A stretch of 64,000 nt of DNA from Parcubacteria group bacterium Gr01-1014_38. Its GTDB lineage: Bacteria > Patescibacteriota > Andersenbacteria > UBA10190 > CAIZMI01. Location: the NCBI GenBank assembly GCA_007376145.1, contig VMFP01000004.1, positions 6,988 to 70,987 of the forward strand, given 5' to 3'. A program made the position numbers and the translations under genes. Numbering within the stretch: position 1 is the stretch's first letter; every line of letters begins with the position of its first letter. This document shows, piece after piece, positions 37,077-46,860 of the stretch. The notes under the pieces were generated by a model that was not told the origin of the DNA, ran no database searches, and worked only from the letters and a program-made list of their open reading frames with translations.

Positions 37077-38279
37077 CTAATCGGAAAGAAGATGTTCCAA
37101 CACAGTTACACGCATGTCCCACGTATGGCGCTTGGATTCTGCGATGCGGGCGTCCCTGCCTTCTGCGCCGCGCTCAAGCGCTTCTTGAATGCCGCGGGCG
37201 AACGCGTCCGCAGATGACGTGAGGGTCACAAGGTGGCGGTACGGCTCCAGCGACGGGAGACCAGACGCGACGATGGGTTTTCCGGCGGCGAGAAATTCCC
37301 AAAATTTGAGGGGAAAACTCGCGCGGTTATACGGGCTGTCGCGGTACGGAATGATCGCGACGTCAAACGCGTGCACGTAGCTTGGAACTTCCTCGCGCGG
37401 TTTTGGCCCGAGAAAGTGTACGTTCGAGAGCTGGCCAAGTTTTCGAACGCTTTCCGCGCCGCCGGTTCCGGAATAGTCTACTGGACCGATGAGGACGAAG
37501 TGCCACTCGGGGTGTTCACTGGCGATCTTCTGAAGCAATTCAACATCCACCTTATAGACATCGAGGGCTCCGACGGTCCCAATGCGCGGATGCGGAATGG
37601 CTGCAATATCGCGCGGCTCATGCGCGGGCCTTCCGGAAAACGCTTCAACGTCGGCGGCGTTGGGAACGAGCTGCACATTGCGATGAATTTTTGAGAATCG
37701 TTCAAGGAGTGGCGAAGTCGTCACGGAAATTACAGCCGCGCGCGCCGCAATCGCGCTCTCTTCTTTCTCAACGAGCGCCGAGTTTCTTTCTATCCCGGCT
37801 TGGACGCGATGATCATCCACACAGTCATAGACGACGCGAGACTTCGGAAAGTCATCGAGAAATTCTGCGGCTTCGGTGTCGTAGATCAAGAGGACCGGCT
37901 CTCGAAAACCGAGCTCCCACGCGTGCAAACGGACATGCCACGCATTCCACAGAACGTGATTCAGCCGTCCGACGAAGGGGATTCGGCGTGAACCGGGGAT
38001 GAGATTTGCTTGCGCCTGCACCCAGAGATTCGGCCGCACGCGCTGCGGCGCGACCTGGCGAAGAAGCCAGTGCCAGCCTCCGCCAAGGCTACGGCCGGTC
38101 TTCGACCAGCGGCCCCCGGGATACCGAAAGAGCATCCGAAGAAGAAACAGACGCGGTTCCACGTAGAGCACGCGCCAGCCGCGTTCGGCCAAACTCGTCG
38201 CAATGTGCTGGCGATTTGTCCAGAGCGGCGCGTCATAGAGCGCGCCGGCGAAGACGATGACGTCTTTCGAGTGATTCAT
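37077..38279 (-). CDS. GT-B glycosyltransferase (GT4, TuaH-like)
   Basis: YDCVDDH, VPNAAD, FDVAIIPY, PLKFWEFLAAGKP. Confidence 0.88.
   Translation of the reverse strand: MNHSKDVIVFAGALYDAPLWTNRQHIATSLAERGWRVLYVEPRLFLLRMLFRYPGGRWSKTGRSLGGGWHWLLRQVAPQRVRPNLWVQAQANLIPGSRRIPFVGRLNHVLWNAWHVRLHAWELGFREPVLLIYDTEAAEFLDDFPKSRVVYDCVDDHRVQAGIERNSALVEKEESAIAARAAVISVTTSPLLERFSKIHRNVQLVPNAADVEAFSGRPAHEPRDIAAIPHPRIGTVGALDVYKVDVELLQKIASEHPEWHFVLIGPVDYSGTGGAESVRKLGQLSNVHFLGPKPREEVPSYVHAFDVAIIPYRDSPYNRASFPLKFWEFLAAGKPIVASGLPSLEPYRHLVTLTSSADAFARGIQEALERGAEGRDARIAESKRHTWDMRVTVLEHLLSD
38073..38098. repeat. REP-like palindromic element located in-frame inside the GT gene
   Basis: ccagcc-tccgccaaggctac-ggccgg; related to 54871-54899. 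Confidence 0.45.
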
Positions 38280-39703
38280 GCGGGGGAAACGAACAACCGC
38301 CGGGCGCGGTGGATCAGCACGGGAAACGCCACGACGACAATCCAGACCGCGATGCCCGCAAAGAGCGCGGCGCGCGCAGCGAGCGGTAGCGGAACAAACG
38401 CCGTCGCCGCCCCTGCCGCGATGACCGGAAGAAGCAAGGTGCGCGGGAAGAGCGAGAGGTGCATGCGGAAGGCAGAAATCCCAATTGCAGTCGCGAGCCC
38501 AACCAGAGCGCCAAGGAGCAGTCCAAGATTCGCAGCGCCTTCGGGCATCTGCCGAAGCGTAAGCATGACTCCAAGCGTCCCAACAGCCATCACGCCAAAT
38601 CCCGCGGCACGGAAGTTCGCACGACGCGCGGGAACAAACACCGTATTCGACGCGATATCCAGAAACGCAAACGCGGCGTAGGCCCAGGTCACAGCGGGAA
38701 TGAACCGGAGTGCCCCAAGATACTGCTGACCGGCGAGGATCGGCACCAGCTCGCGCGCGAACAGCACAAGGAAGAGACCACCGAGCAGCGTCACGGCACC
38801 TACGTCCTCGAGGGTACGCACCGCGAGGCGGCGGAATGCCTCACGGCTTTGGGCAAATGCTTTACTCAAGAACGCCAGGTTCACTTCACCAAGCGCCGCG
38901 GCGAGCAGCTGAAGCTTCGACCCAAAGGTTGTTGCCGCGGTGAACAGCCCGACAACCTCGGGACTCACCCACCGCCCGAGGAGGAGAATGGGCACGCGCT
39001 GCCAGACCACGGAAAGAATGCGCGCCACGTAGGTCCATGCCCCTGTATGAAGAATGTCAGCGAGTACGCCGCGGACCTCCGCCGGTGGCGGATGCGCGAG
39101 GGTCCCGCCGAGTGCCCGCCGCAGAAATAGGGCGAGGAGTGTACTAAAGATGAGCGCCGCCAGAATGACCGCCTCAAAGAATCCGTTCAGGTCTCGCCAC
39201 CAGACGAGCCCCGCAAAGATCGGCACGTTTACGACGGCCGTGATGAGTTGGAGAGCGTACAGCGTCCCGAAGGCGCGCTGCCCGGTGTACGCGCCGCCGA
39301 GAATCCCTTGCATGCCATGGAGGATGAGAATGAGGCTCATGAGACGCACCAAGTGCGGAATCTCGGGGAATGGGTAGAGCCGCGTGCCGATCCATGTTGC
39401 TGCGAGAGCGAGGAGCACCGAAATCGGCACCGTGATCAGGAGCCGAAACCACAGCGAGACCCAGAAGACCGCAGCTTTCCGCTGCGGCGTGTCGGCCACG
39501 GCGATTTCGCGGATCGCCGCATCCACCGCGCCGACGTGCTGCGAGACGCCGACGAGCGCGCCGAGGGAGATGACAATCCCAACAATTCCGTACGCTTCGG
39601 GACCGAGGAGCCGGAGGACAATCGCGGTTTGCACGATGCCGAGCGCCGCCGTCGCCACTTTGGTGAGAACCCCCCAAATTTGGACCGTCCGAATGTCAGT
39701 CAT
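38276..39703 (-). CDS. Wzx/MOP-family polysaccharide flippase
   Basis: Multi-TM; RLLGPEAYG, VGLF...A pattern. Confidence 0.85.
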   Translation of the reverse strand: MTDIRTVQIWGVLTKVATAALGIVQTAIVLRLLGPEAYGIVGIVISLGALVGVSQHVGAVDAAIREIAVADTPQRKAAVFWVSLWFRLLITVPISVLLALAATWIGTRLYPFPEIPHLVRLMSLILILHGMQGILGGAYTGQRAFGTLYALQLITAVVNVPIFAGLVWWRDLNGFFEAVILAALIFSTLLALFLRRALGGTLAHPPPAEVRGVLADILHTGAWTYVARILSVVWQRVPILLLGRWVSPEVVGLFTAATTFGSKLQLLAAALGEVNLAFLSKAFAQSREAFRRLAVRTLEDVGAVTLLGGLFLVLFARELVPILAGQQYLGALRFIPAVTWAYAAFAFLDIASNTVFVPARRANFRAAGFGVMAVGTLGVMLTLRQMPEGAANLGLLLGALVGLATAIGISAFRMHLSLFPRTLLLPVIAAGAATAFVPLPLAARAALFAGIAVWIVVVAFPVLIHRARRLFVSPA

Positions 39704-40866
39704 CGGGTCTGCTCTGTGAGCATCGCGTGAACCATTCCTTGAAACAAGAGTGCACGGCCTTTCCAGTGAAACTCCGTATCCGCGCGAGCACGCGCGGCTG
39801 CTCCGAGCCGGGCACGCCGTGCATCGTCGGTGAGAAGTTCTCGGAGAGCTCCCGCCGTCGCGTGCGCGTCCCCGGGAGCCACGAGGATTCCAGTCTTGCC
39901 ATCGAGTACCGCTTCTGGAATGCCACCGGTCCGACTGGCCACGGCCGGCTTTCCCATGGCTGCAGCCTCAATGTACACAATACCGAAACCCTCTCGGTCG
40001 TCCGGCAGGTCGAGTGGCGTGAGTGCGAACAAGTCGGCGACGGCGAGCGCGCGGCGCACGTTGTCATCTGATGCATTCCCTAACAGGGTGACTGCATCGC
40101 GCACACCGCGCTCGTTGATACGGTGTTCAAGCGCTTCTCGTTCCGGGCCCTCACCGACGAGGAAAAGGTGCACATTCGGAACGGCACGCCGGACCTCTGC
40201 GAGCGCATCCACGATAACGTGCACGCCTTTCCGCGGCACGAGACGCGTGACCGTCGCAATGACGCGCTTTCCGTCCAGCTGGTATCGAGCGCGGAAGGCT
40301 TCGAGCTCCGGCGGGACAGCAAAGTATTCTTCCCGCACCCCGGGGTAGAGTTTGACGAGACGCTCCTCGGCGACCCCAAGAGACTTTAGCAGAGCTTTCG
40401 TTTGGTCATTGATCACGACCACGCGTCCCGCCTTCCGCAGGACACTCTGGAGCTGCTGGCATGCGTGCGGGCTGCGGACCCACGTTTGAATCTCCATTGC
40501 GTACGTGCAAACCACAAACGGAATGCCGAACTCGACTTGAAGCTTTAGCGCTGCCCGTCCTTCAAAGAGCGCTTTCCCGCAGACGACCGCTTCGATACGC
40601 TCACGACGGGCCAACTCACGCACGGCCTGCCACGCTGGTCGCCACCGTGGGTACGCCCAGGCGCGCATCGGCGCGCGGACAATCCGATAGCGTCGGTGTG
40701 CATCCCACGCGCGGTCGCCGGGCTGTGGTGCAGCCACAACAGACGACTGCTGGGGAGGCAGTGCGCCCCAAATCCCAGAGAGATATGCCTGGATGCCGCC
40801 GACCGACGGCGAAAAGGTCTCGGTCAACAGCAGTAACCGGTGCGCAAACAAAGGTGAGGGGAACAA
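39700..40866 (-). CDS. Glycosyltransferase family 4 (PimB-like)
   Basis: FSPSVGGIQ, RLVPRKG, EGFGIVYIEAAAMG. Confidence 0.92.
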   Translation of the reverse strand: MFPSPLFAHRLLLLTETFSPSVGGIQAYLSGIWGALPPQQSSVVAAPQPGDRAWDAHRRYRIVRAPMRAWAYPRWRPAWQAVRELARRERIEAVVCGKALFEGRAALKLQVEFGIPFVVCTYAMEIQTWVRSPHACQQLQSVLRKAGRVVVINDQTKALLKSLGVAEERLVKLYPGVREEYFAVPPELEAFRARYQLDGKRVIATVTRLVPRKGVHVIVDALAEVRRAVPNVHLFLVGEGPEREALEHRINERGVRDAVTLLGNASDDNVRRALAVADLFALTPLDLPDDREGFGIVYIEAAAMGKPAVASRTGGIPEAVLDGKTGILVAPGDAHATAGALRELLTDDARRARLGAAARARADTEFHWKGRALLFQGMVHAMLTEQTR

Positions 40867-40932
40867 CGGGCCAGAAATTCCTGCGCAGCATACCGCGATT
40901 CCCGCCCGTTGGGAAGCCTCGCGAGGATGGAA

Positions 40933-42339
40933 CTAGTACGCTTTCTCGAGCTTCGCACCGGTGAAATAGTACGTAAGAATTTTTCGGTAATCCCAGTTGT
41001 CCTTGCGGGCGAAACCGACGGCGCCACGGCCACTTAAGCCGGTCCCGTGACCGACAAGCCGACTCCCGCCATGCGGATCATCCTTTTCTTGCAAGTACGG
41101 AAATCGCTTCGACCGCCAGACCTGTTCTCCGCTTCGCGTCCTTCCATCACTCTGCGAGAAGTAGAGCGACGCGATCGGTTTTCCGTCGTAGGTGAGAATG
41201 GCCCCTTTCGTTGAAATCGTCTGTTCCCGAAAGTCGGGAACACGTGCCTCGTAGTCCAACCCCGCGTACAGCTGATCGTTCGCGGTGTTTGTAATAACAA
41301 AGCCGTTGTGCGGCTGGCGGCCACCAGCATTGAGGTGGTAGAGCACGTACGTGCGCGCAAGGATTGCCAGCGCTTTGTGGAATTCCGGCGGGGCGGCATC
41401 GGTCGTTTCCGCAAGACCCCGGACATACTCTTCTGCTCGCACCTCATTGATCGCCCAGAGACCATCTCTCCGATCACTCACGCGCACTTCCAGGGTTCCC
41501 CGATAGCGATTGTACGGCCCGGACCCCGGAACGCCGCTTGGTTTTGACGTTTGCGATGCGAGCACCAGCGGTTCACCATCCATGCCGCCGAACTTCGGCG
41601 GACTCTCCAACTCGGTCGTGAAGCCGCCCGGGCCTTTCACGATATACGCATTCCCGCCCCACGAAACCGTGACGGTCTGCTCCGGGCCGTTGAAGATTTT
41701 CTTCTTCCCTTCCGGCAAGCGGATAAAAAACTTTCCTGCCCCGCTAACGCGCACGCCCTTGCCTTTCGCTTCCAGAAGACCGATACGAACAAGGGGCCCC
41801 GACTGGTGCCCCCCAAATCCGAGACCCTCATTGAATGCGATGCGTGTCGTGGTAGCGCTCTCACCGCGCGAGGCGCGCGCACAGAATTCTTCTTTCGTTC
41901 CCGACCCAACGGAAACTCCGCTGCTCTTGTGGAAACTCAGCGCACCGACCAGCGCTTTCTCTGTCGTGAGATCCTTACAGACGACGCGGTCCGTCCAGTA
42001 GCGTTTCTCTTTGTCGTTCGGCGCTCGGCTAAACACGCCCTGAAAGAGCTGCGGAACGCGACTCGCGAGTTGGTCGGAGGTCCCCTTTCCTGACCCGCTC
42101 GTCGCTTTTCCAGCGCTCTTTGCAAACCCCATGGCGCCGCGAAGTTCGGACTCAACCGGCTTGTCCTTCCGCCGACCTTCCCAGTATGCAAGCTCATCTT
42201 TGGTTGGCGCTCGACCAAAGACCTCGCGGAAGAGTTTTGCTACATCGGTGGCGGGTGCGGCAAATGCGAGAGACGCGGACAGCGCAAATCCCGCGACCGC
42301 CACCGCACCAACACCGAGAATGCCGAGTCTCCTCCGCAC
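40933..42339 (-). CDS. Secreted SpoIID/LytB-domain protein with two N-terminal repeats (alternative starts 42369, 42378)
   Basis: Signal peptide from GTG 42339; YRGTLE, INEV..EEYVRG..E, KALAILARTY, DQLY, GHGTGLS. Confidence 0.85.
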   Translation of the reverse strand: MRRRLGILGVGAVAVAGFALSASLAFAAPATDVAKLFREVFGRAPTKDELAYWEGRRKDKPVESELRGAMGFAKSAGKATSGSGKGTSDQLASRVPQLFQGVFSRAPNDKEKRYWTDRVVCKDLTTEKALVGALSFHKSSGVSVGSGTKEEFCARASRGESATTTRIAFNEGLGFGGHQSGPLVRIGLLEAKGKGVRVSGAGKFFIRLPEGKKKIFNGPEQTVTVSWGGNAYIVKGPGGFTTELESPPKFGGMDGEPLVLASQTSKPSGVPGSGPYNRYRGTLEVRVSDRRDGLWAINEVRAEEYVRGLAETTDAAPPEFHKALAILARTYVLYHLNAGGRQPHNGFVITNTANDQLYAGLDYEARVPDFREQTISTKGAILTYDGKPIASLYFSQSDGRTRSGEQVWRSKRFPYLQEKDDPHGGSRLVGHGTGLSGRGAVGFARKDNWDYRKILTYYFTGAKLEKAY

Positions 42340-42462
42340 GTTCAGTCGCAGTATACGCCAGTCGAGCATCGTGGTCAAGAAAGAAAAAAAACGCGGGGGG
42401 GTACACCACGCAATAGACAGAGAGCCCCGCAGCTGCTATCGTACGCGCGCTGCGCAGATGAA

Positions 42463-42593
42463 TCCCGTTACATGTTTACCCGCCTCCCTGTCAGGCAGGA
42501 AACGTCCAGCCGGACGTTTCCTGCCCCTGCGCACAGAAAAGGCTTCGGACACCTGAGAGTCCCCTTTACTACCAACGTAAACATGTAACGGGA
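42463..42593. mobile_element. MITE-like element, 131 bp, with 17-bp terminal inverted repeats and a TGAA target duplication
   Basis: tcccgttacatgtttac (42463-42479) / gtaaacatgtaacggga (42577-42593); tgaa at 42459-42462 and 42594-42597; internal hairpin ggcaggaaacgtcc/ggacgtttcctgcc. Confidence 0.7.
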
Positions 42594-43579
42594 TGAAGCT
42601 CGTCATTCTCATCCCCGCGTTGAACGAGGCCGCGACGATCGCGCACGTCATTCAGGAGATTCCGAAGAGCTTCCTCGACATCGCGGGTCACGAAGTCGTG
42701 GTGATTGATGATGGGTCAACAGACACGACGGTGACAGAAGCGCGCGCGGCCGGCGCCACCGTCATCTCCCACGGAGCGAATCGCGGCGTCGGCGTGGCCT
42801 TCCGCACCGGGCTCACGGAAGCGCTCAAGCGCGGTGCGGACGTCATGGTCCATGTCGATGCGGATGGGCAATTCAACCCCGCAGATATTCCCGCGCTGCT
42901 CCAACCGCTCGTTGAGCACCGCGCAGACATCACGACGTGCACGCGGTTCAAGCGCCCGGAACTGCAGCCGACCATGCCGCCGATCAAGGTGTGGGGCAAC
43001 CGCATGGTCACGCGCATCGTGAATGCTGCAACCGGACAGCGCTTCACCGACGTGTCGTGCGGCTATCGCGCACTGACCCGCGAGGCTGCACTTCGCCTCA
43101 CGCTGTTTGGCCGCTTCACCTACACGCAGGAGATGTTTCTTGACGCGGCGCAGAAAGACTTGCGCATAGTCGAAGTGCCACTCCGCGTCCGCGGAGAGCG
43201 GGAAGTGGGAAGATCCCGCGTCTACACCAATGCGTGGAACTACGCCGTGCGCAGTGCCGCCATCCTCTTTCGCGCGGTGCGTGATACCAGTCCACTGCAG
43301 GTGTTTGGATTCGTTGCAGTGATCCTTGGCGGCCTCGGGATCCTCTCCGGCGGATTCGTCTTCACCCATTGGCTCCGGACAGGGCAGACCTTCCCCTACC
43401 GCTCGATGGTGACGCTGGCATCCGTCCTCGTCCTCTTGAGCGCCTTCTTCGCGACGATCGCGCTCCTCGCCGACATGCTCCGCCGGCAGCGGAAAATCCT
43501 TGAGGAGATGCTCTACTACGCCCGCCGCGAGTTCTTCGATCGGCACCGGACTCCGCCGCCCCCGCCCGCATCCTCCTGA
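42593..43579 (+). CDS. GT2 polyprenol-phosphate glycosyltransferase-like protein with two C-terminal TMs
   Basis: IPALNE, DDGSTD, VDADGQ, TDVSCGYRA. Confidence 0.9.
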   Translation: MKLVILIPALNEAATIAHVIQEIPKSFLDIAGHEVVVIDDGSTDTTVTEARAAGATVISHGANRGVGVAFRTGLTEALKRGADVMVHVDADGQFNPADIPALLQPLVEHRADITTCTRFKRPELQPTMPPIKVWGNRMVTRIVNAATGQRFTDVSCGYRALTREAALRLTLFGRFTYTQEMFLDAAQKDLRIVEVPLRVRGEREVGRSRVYTNAWNYAVRSAAILFRAVRDTSPLQVFGFVAVILGGLGILSGGFVFTHWLRTGQTFPYRSMVTLASVLVLLSAFFATIALLADMLRRQRKILEEMLYYARREFFDRHRTPPPPPASS

Positions 43580-43606
43580 CGCCTCGTTGGACCAAGTCTT
43601 GGTGCT

Positions 43607-44680
43607 GTGGCAACCCCTTCAATCCTTTTTGTCACCCGAGCTTTCCCTCCCGTGGTCGGGGGCATGGAGAACCTAAGTGCAGAGTTCGTTGCCGCAGTCA
43701 GTCGAAAAACGCGAACCCGGCTCATCGCCAATCGGCACGGGAAGAAAGCGCTGCCGTGGTTTCTGCCGTGGGCAGCGTTCCAGATGACTCGCATGGCGCC
43801 GCAGGCAGACGTGATTCACCTCGGCGATCCGCTCCTCACCCTTCTCCTCCTCGCACGCCTTGGTCTCCAGAAACCGGTCACGGTGACCGTGCACGGACTG
43901 GACGTGCTCTACCCCTCCCCGCTCTACCAAGCGCTGCTCCGCCGCTCCTTCCCGCGCGTGAGCCTCGCGTTCTGCATTAGCCACTTCGTCGAACAGCGCG
44001 TGCGGGAGCGGTTCCCAGCAGTGAAAACCACCGTTCTCTCCCCCGGGCAGAGAGGCTCGTGTGCGGTTCCCGGCGCGACGAGAGCTGGCCTCGCCCGCGC
44101 CCTTGAGCGCTCCATCCCCACCGGTCCGCTCCTCCTCGCCATTGCTCGCCTCGTGCGACGGAAGGGACTCGCCTGGTTTGTCGAACGGGTTCTCCCGCAG
44201 GTCCCGAGCGCGATGCTCCTCATTATCGGGGATGGTCCGGAAAGACAGAGAATCGCCGAGTCGGCGCGACGGGCAGGCGTGCCCGAACGGGTTCTCCTGG
44301 CGGGTACCGTCCCGCGCGAGACGCTGAACATGGCGTACACGGTTTCTGATCTCCTCGTGATGCCGAATATTCCCGTCCCTGGTGACGCGGAAGGATTTGG
44401 CCTCGTGGCGCTCGAGGCCGCATCGGCGGGGCTTCCCGTAATCGCAGCCGACCTTGAAGGTATTCCCGACGCAGTTATTCCGAATGAGACGGGTATCCTC
44501 GTCCCGCCGCAGGACGCGACCGCCTGGGTTGCAGCGCTCACGCGCCTCCTCCGGGACTCGATGACCCGCCAGCAGTTGGCGAACCGCGCCCCGAAAGCCA
44601 TCCGCGAACGCTTCTCGTGGGAACAGCGCGGAGATGTCATCCTGGAAACGTTTACGCGTCTCTCCCGCCATAGACCTTGA
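43607..44680 (+). CDS. Glycosyltransferase family 4
   Basis: FPPVVGGME, RLVRRKG, EGFGLVALEA. Confidence 0.92.
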   Translation: MATPSILFVTRAFPPVVGGMENLSAEFVAAVSRKTRTRLIANRHGKKALPWFLPWAAFQMTRMAPQADVIHLGDPLLTLLLLARLGLQKPVTVTVHGLDVLYPSPLYQALLRRSFPRVSLAFCISHFVEQRVRERFPAVKTTVLSPGQRGSCAVPGATRAGLARALERSIPTGPLLLAIARLVRRKGLAWFVERVLPQVPSAMLLIIGDGPERQRIAESARRAGVPERVLLAGTVPRETLNMAYTVSDLLVMPNIPVPGDAEGFGLVALEAASAGLPVIAADLEGIPDAVIPNETGILVPPQDATAWVAALTRLLRDSMTRQQLANRAPKAIRERFSWEQRGDVILETFTRLSRHRP

Positions 44681-44711
44681 CATGGTTCGTGACGAAGACA
44701 CAGACTGTGGG

Positions 44712-44889
44712 TGTTTGAGAGGCACTCGTTCGCTCTTTCACAAAGTTCGTTAAAGTCCCTGGAACGTGGATAAACCGTGCTGGCGAGTTTGTGCGCAGCT
44801 GGTACACCACTGTGCGCACCACCATGCGGTCTATGGTGCTCGCTGGCACGGCCTTTTCTCTTCACTCGGTGGAACCCCACCGAGTTTTT
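44712..44889 (+). ncRNA. Candidate structured ncRNA (boxA-like site, three-way junction, terminator)
   Basis: TTGACA-18-CAGACT upstream, GCTCTTTCACAA, a 13-bp stem with G-U pairs enclosing two hairpins, then ctcggtgg/ccaccgag-ttttt. Confidence 0.5.
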
Positions 44890-44905
44890 CTACTTTCACG
44901 AAATG

Positions 44906-46780
44906 TTATTCAGCGGGCGGAAGGACTCGAATGCTCACCGGCCCGGACATGAAGAGAGAAGTACCGGCCCGGGGGCAGCGGGAAGTCTCCGGCCCGCAGA
45001 AGAGGTACGCCGCTCTCGGAGGAACACTCTCTCCGCTGTGAAAAAGATTCTGGACAGCCGCGAGCACCGTATCGTCCGGTGAGAGCCAGTACTCGCTCCG
45101 AACTTGGGCCCGGCCAGTAAACGCCGGGAGGGAAAGCGGCGCAACGTCTCGGTTCTTGAACACGCTCTCTGGCGCTCGGAGAAAGATACTCTCGGAAGGA
45201 GTGTGAGCTCGAATCCAGGCGAAGGCGGCGAGTTCATCCGCGGACACGACATGCGGTGGCTTCCACACAAGGATGTCGAGCGTCCCAAGCACCGACGCGG
45301 CGACAGGAAGAAGGAGAGCAAGCACCGTGAACGCTCCACCGCCCCACAGGACTACATGCTCCGCAACAGTGTGCTCCACGTGGCGCACCTGCCGCCACCA
45401 CCAATCGGCAACCCGCTGCACGACAGGAATCACGGCTGGCCACCCGAGGAGCGCAAGGAGAAACAGGAACCTCGGCGAATTCTCCGCAATGATGTCGCGT
45501 CCCGAAAAGACCAAGGTGGCGATGCCAAGCACTGGCAGGAGAACTGCGGCTGTGAGAAGACTCGGCGCGCGGTGCAGCCAGGCCGTATCCCAGAGCGCCC
45601 AGAGCACCACGAGCGCGGGAAGTGCGGCCGTGAGGAACTGCGGGACGGCCGTGTAGGCGACGTTCACGGTTCCAAGCGCGCCGGCGCCGGGCGGAAACAG
45701 GAAAAAGAGCGCCGCGAGAATTGCCGACCCAACGAGTCCCGAAAGACGATCCCGCAGCGACCAGCCCCGATTAAAGAATTGAAGGAGGTTTGACCCGATG
45801 GCGAGCGCAATCGCCGCGGTCCCGAGCACCGCGTTGCTAAAGAGGAGCACAATTGCCAGTGTCCCGACCCCGAAACGGAGTACGCGGCGTTCAACCGTCC
45901 GCTCGCTCTGATCGCGGAGAACAAGGAGAAGAATACAAAGGAAGAAGAGCCCGGTAAGAAAGGTGTGCGACTGCGGGTAGATGAAGCCCTCCCAGGTGGA
46001 GCCAAACGCCGCAAGCAAGAGCAGCGCCGACCAGAACGGAATCTTCTCCCGCCGCAGGAAGAACTGCGTTGAGAGCACGCTCACGGCAACCGTGCCGGCG
46101 ATCACGGGAATGATGAGCCACCAGGCGACGCGCGTGATATCACCACCCGTGGTGTCGAGGAGATCGGCGAGCGCACGATGGAGCAGTGTTGGGTACTCCA
46201 GCGGCCCGTTGCCCGCAAACGGATTCTCACGGAGGAGCATCGCTCCCTCCCGTGCGCCCGAAGCGTTCGTGAGCGCAAAGAGCGTCATGGTATCGCCGTT
46301 CACAAACCCGCGCGCGTGGAATGCTTCGCGACCGTCCGGCAGTCGAACGTAGCCGTTCCTCGCGTTGACCACGGCGATGCTGACCAGCACGGGGACGAAC
46401 GCCGCGACGAAGAGGAGTTCTCCGCGCGTGATGCCGCAAAGAACGCGCGACAGCTTCGTCCGCCAGAGCACGAGTGCCGACATACCGCCAAGGAGGATGC
46501 TCAGCGCAAGAAGGCAGAGGGAAAACGGCAAGCCTCCAAACACCGGCACTGCCGCGCGGAGGAGCGCCCCAAAGAGGAGCACCCCGACGCCGAAGACCAC
46601 GCTCGTTCCCATCCAGAGGAGCACGCTCATTTCGGGGATGAGGAGAAGCGCGAGAGCGGCCCCCACGCCCAGGAGAGCGGCGGTGACGGCCACGACGGGG
46701 TATCCCGTGCCGAACGCGAAACCCGCGATCGGAAGCCCGACCCCGACCACGAGCGCGAGCACCCAGGGAGAGAACCGCAT
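44906..46780 (-). CDS. Multi-TM GT-C-like membrane protein
   Basis: Many TMs, NGD in the first external loop, C-terminal DELAAFAWIRAHTP. Confidence 0.6.
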   Translation of the reverse strand: MRFSPWVLALVVGVGLPIAGFAFGTGYPVVAVTAALLGVGAALALLLIPEMSVLLWMGTSVVFGVGVLLFGALLRAAVPVFGGLPFSLCLLALSILLGGMSALVLWRTKLSRVLCGITRGELLFVAAFVPVLVSIAVVNARNGYVRLPDGREAFHARGFVNGDTMTLFALTNASGAREGAMLLRENPFAGNGPLEYPTLLHRALADLLDTTGGDITRVAWWLIIPVIAGTVAVSVLSTQFFLRREKIPFWSALLLLAAFGSTWEGFIYPQSHTFLTGLFFLCILLLVLRDQSERTVERRVLRFGVGTLAIVLLFSNAVLGTAAIALAIGSNLLQFFNRGWSLRDRLSGLVGSAILAALFFLFPPGAGALGTVNVAYTAVPQFLTAALPALVVLWALWDTAWLHRAPSLLTAAVLLPVLGIATLVFSGRDIIAENSPRFLFLLALLGWPAVIPVVQRVADWWWRQVRHVEHTVAEHVVLWGGGAFTVLALLLPVAASVLGTLDILVWKPPHVVSADELAAFAWIRAHTPSESIFLRAPESVFKNRDVAPLSLPAFTGRAQVRSEYWLSPDDTVLAAVQNLFHSGESVPPRAAYLFCGPETSRCPRAGTSLFMSGPVSIRVLPPAE

Positions 46781-46860
46781 CTGCGCTCATCCTACGAGTG
46801 CTCCATGGTATCTTGCAAAAAAGAAACACCCATGGTTTCTTTATCCCTCCAAGTCTCCGC

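Noticed and set aside
42458-42595. TGA read-through (code 25) extending the GT2 through the MITE
   Set aside because: The frame also has a TAA, and core genes such as rpoA and murB end in TGA, so the standard code applies.
44652-45082. Small ORFs across the 44.7-44.9 kb gap
   Set aside because: No SD or suitably placed -10 box, and they run through the terminator or into neighbouring genes.
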